Assembly: GCA_965246715.1 (NCBI GenBank)
Contig: CBDFFH010000015.1
Coordinates: 256,001-320,000, forward strand
DNA from: Chamaesiphon sp.
GTDB lineage: Bacteria; Cyanobacteriota; Cyanobacteriia; Cyanobacteriales; Chamaesiphonaceae
DNA: 64,000 bases
Direction of reading: 5' to 3'
Shown piece by piece: positions 61,373-64,000 of this stretch; the first letter of the stretch is position 1, and each line of letters starts with the position of its first letter. The notes under the pieces are model-generated. The model searched no databases. It saw only the letters and a list, made by a program, of their open reading frames with translations, and was not told the origin of the DNA. Made by a program: the position numbers and the translations under genes.

Positions 61373-62086
61373 CTATTTCCCCCCATTACCACTACTTTTA
61401 TATGAAGAGCCGAAACCTTGACTGCTGCGTCCCCTAATCGTACCCGCTGCCGATGTCCCGGCCGGACGCGCTGGTGCGGCGAAGGTAGTATGGCGGGGTA
61501 CTGTCACCCGACCGGTGGTTGCTTGGGAGATCTCTCGACCGTAAGGGGTGACAACGACTCCAGAAGTAATGCTCCGATACACGGGTCGAGGTTCGTAGAC
61601 TCGATATTGACTACCACTGTAATTGACATAGATATAGTTAGTATCGGAGGGATCGAGATAGGTGCCACCATATACGGGGCGGTATCCCGCCGTCTGCTCG
61701 CTCGCCAGTGTTGCTTCACACTGGACACCTTCGGCTTGACAATCTGCGATCGAGGTATAAATCGGGGCGGTCTTGGTATGTTCTTGTTGCGCCGCCAACA
61801 TCTGCGGGGTACAGTCTTTGGCCTGCATCGATAGCGGATCTGGTGGCTCGTCGAGTTGTCCCGCTTGGTATTGTTGCAGTGCCGTCGTATATTCCGCCTG
61901 TTGCTTATTGATGTCAGCTTCGCACTGTGCGCTGGTTTGATAAAATACTATATCGATCGATTCGTCCGCCTCATCACCAACCAGAGCGATGGCGAATGCT
62001 GCTACAGCAGCAGAAAGTGCCAAACCCAGATAAACTTGGTTGCGGCGAATTTTGCGGGGTTGAGGGTCGTTTTTTTCTTGTGTCAT
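61373..62086 (-). CDS. DUF1190/YgiB-like membrane-anchored protein
   Basis: N-terminal TM; APIYTSIADC..C; Gly/Ser tail RGRSSQGFGSS; ends 6 bp upstream of the GSP-synthase-family gene. Confidence 0.65.
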   Translation of the reverse strand: MTQEKNDPQPRKIRRNQVYLGLALSAAVAAFAIALVGDEADESIDIVFYQTSAQCEADINKQQAEYTTALQQYQAGQLDEPPDPLSMQAKDCTPQMLAAQQEHTKTAPIYTSIADCQAEGVQCEATLASEQTAGYRPVYGGTYLDPSDTNYIYVNYSGSQYRVYEPRPVYRSITSGVVVTPYGREISQATTGRVTVPRHTTFAAPARPAGTSAAGTIRGRSSQGFGSSYKSSGNGGK

Positions 62087-62254
62087 TACCTTTGGGAAAT
62101 CCCGATCGAGAGGTAAATTTAGAGCGATCGAGCATTGTGACGATCTTACCAATCGCCAGTCTCTATTATTATGATTCCCCTGTCGATCGAATGATTACGC
62201 AAATATCTTGCGATAAATTCACTAACTAAACGTGAATTCGGGATAAGGATTTCC

Positions 62255-63081
62255 GGCGTTGCTGGATTAGGATATGATCTAAGGCGATCGAGAGAAGTAA
62301 CAAGAGCAAATATCTAAATGGAATGTCCTGAATGTAGATCGTCTAATATCAATAAAAATGGGCGAATAAAGGGAAAGCAGAACCATATTTGTAAAGACTG
62401 CGGACGGCAATTTATAGATTGTTATGAAGCACACAGAGGATATTCACCACAAATCAAGCAGAAATGTTTGTCAATGTATGTTAATGGGATGGGATTTCGA
62501 GCAATAGAAAGAGTAATGGGTGTGCATAATACAACTGTCATGGATTGGGTGAAGCAAGTAGGGGGAAATCTCCCAGATTACTATAATTCAGACCAAATAC
62601 CAGAAGTTGGTGAGTTGGATGAGTTAGAGACGTTTGTTGGCTCAAAAAAAACAAGATCTGGCTCTGGACGGCAGTAAATCACTTTCAGATGGGTATTTTA
62701 GGATGGGTATTAGGCGACCACAGTGCTAAGACATTTAGACCGCTATGGGAGAATTTGGTAAGTACATGGAAATGTTATTTTTATGTGACGGATGGGTGGA
62801 GGGTCTATCCAATATTTATTCCAGATGGTGACCAAATCGTGAGTAAAACTTATATGACAAGAGTTGAGGGTGAAAACACTAGGCTCAGACATTACTTAGC
62901 TCGATTAAAAAGAAAAACATTATGTTATTCTAAGTGCGAACAAATGCTAAAGCATTCTATTAGATTGTTAATTCATTATCTTAAATTTGGTGAAGTACCA
63001 ACTCCTAATTCAGTTAGTTCTGGCGATCGACGGCACAGATTACCTCTCGATCGCCAAATCATATCTTAATCCAGCAACGCC
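62255..63081 (+). mobile_element. IS1-family insertion sequence, 827 bp
   Basis: TIRs ggcgttgctggatta / taatccagcaacgcc; 8-bp TSD GGATTTCC at 62247-62254 and 63082-63089. Confidence 0.95.
62318..63069 (+). CDS. IS1 transposase, InsA-InsB fused by -1 frameshift
   Basis: CPEC..CKDCGRQF zinc finger and HTH; ELDE, then A8C at 62644-62652; -1 frame gives KNKIWLWTAV..TDGW..VEGENTRLRH. Confidence 0.92.
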
Positions 63082-63119
63082 GGATTTCCGATTAATGACT
63101 CCTGGCTTCGCTTCGGAAC

Positions 63120-64000
63120 CAGGGTGAACGCACTTAAATTTCCTACTATTTAAAATCCTCGCAAATCAGTTGCAGATTTGAATTACGAAAAGTATGAAAG
63201 CTTTAATGGTAAACAAGTATAGCCAGTTAATTATGTTATATTTATTGGAAATTCAGATCGCGTCAAATGAAGCTAAAGCCAAGGCATAGTATCGCAGAAC
63301 ACTTTGGTGACATAAAAGACATTAGAATTGAACGGGGGAAAAAACACAAACTAATCGATATTATCACGATCTCGATTTGTGCAGTAGTATGTGGAGCAGA
63401 TGGATGGGAAGACATAGAGCTGTATGGCATCACCAGAAAAAAATGGCTGGAGGAATTTCTAGAATTACCGAATGGGATACCATCTCACGATACATTTGCA
63501 CGGGTATTTTCACAAATTAATCCTGAAGAATTCAATAAATCTTTCCTGCATTGGATTAAAGGAATAAGTAAAATAACAGCAGGAGAGATAATCGCATTTG
63601 ATGGAAAACAATCTCGAAATTCAAGAGACGAAAAAAATGGTAAAGGAGTAATTAATACGGTCAGTGCTTGGGCAGCAAGTAATAGATTAGTATTAGGACA
63701 AACAAAAGTCGAGAGTAAATCAAATGAAATTACTGCATTGCCTGAGTTGATTAATGCCTTAGATCTAGCTGGATGTATAGTGACAATTGATGCAATGGGA
63801 TGTCAGCGAGAAATAGTCAAGAAAATTGTCAAAAAAGAAGCAGATTATGTAATTGCTGTCAAAAAGAATCAACCAAGTTTATATGAAAGGGTAGAACAGC
63901 TATTCAAACAGGCGATTAAAACTCGTGGTGAAAGTCTGAAAACGCATAGCTTCAGCAGTAGAGAGATGAATAGAGGTAGAGAGGAAACTCGTAATTACCT
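63120..64000 (+). mobile_element. ISAs1-family IS, runs off window
   Basis: CAGGG left end at ~63120 preceding the transposase. Confidence 0.8.
63267..64000 (+). CDS. ISAs1-family transposase, partial; not in the ORF track
   Basis: MKLKPRHSIAEHF..ICAVVCGADGW..NGIPSHDTF..AFDGK..KSNEITA..TIDAMGCQ. Confidence 0.93.
   Translation, partial: MKLKPRHSIAEHFGDIKDIRIERGKKHKLIDIITISICAVVCGADGWEDIELYGITRKKWLEEFLELPNGIPSHDTFARVFSQINPEEFNKSFLHWIKGISKITAGEIIAFDGKQSRNSRDEKNGKGVINTVSAWAASNRLVLGQTKVESKSNEITALPELINALDLAGCIVTIDAMGCQREIVKKIVKKEADYVIAVKKNQPSLYERVEQLFKQAIKTRGESLKTHSFSSREMNRGREETRNY

Overview
Cyanobacterial chromosomal window, with a very high density of the HIP1 core CGATCG both as GCGATCGC and TCGATCGA; this pattern suggests a Chamaesiphon-like host (inference). 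Most of it is housekeeping: ccdA/ccsB, apcD, iscA/sufA, mobA, a SphR-like regulator, lgt, mltA, gun4, cysK, gshA, trmL, ribE, rbcL-rbcX-rbcS, infC, ilvN, kaiA-kaiB-kaiC, tRNA-Leu(CAA) and tRNA-Met(CAT). Three accessory zones interrupt it. (1) A decayed VapBC/DUF559 patch at ~27.9-28.8 kb. (2) A small island at ~42.0-45.5 kb with an IS1634 remnant, a truncated integrase and a trypsin-TPR gene. (3) A co-oriented minus-strand cluster at 55.8-62.1 kb (DUF1190-like, GSP-synthase-type ATP-grasp, ferritin-like diiron protein, isochorismatase-AlkB fusion, membrane protein, TIGR02452/PARG-like), followed by an intact IS1 and an ISAs1 cut off by the window edge. Intergenic DNA carries several families of miniature, often nested, mobile repeats, and some have altered coding sequences in frame. 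No CRISPR array or rRNA was seen. Protein calls come from motif recognition, not database searches.
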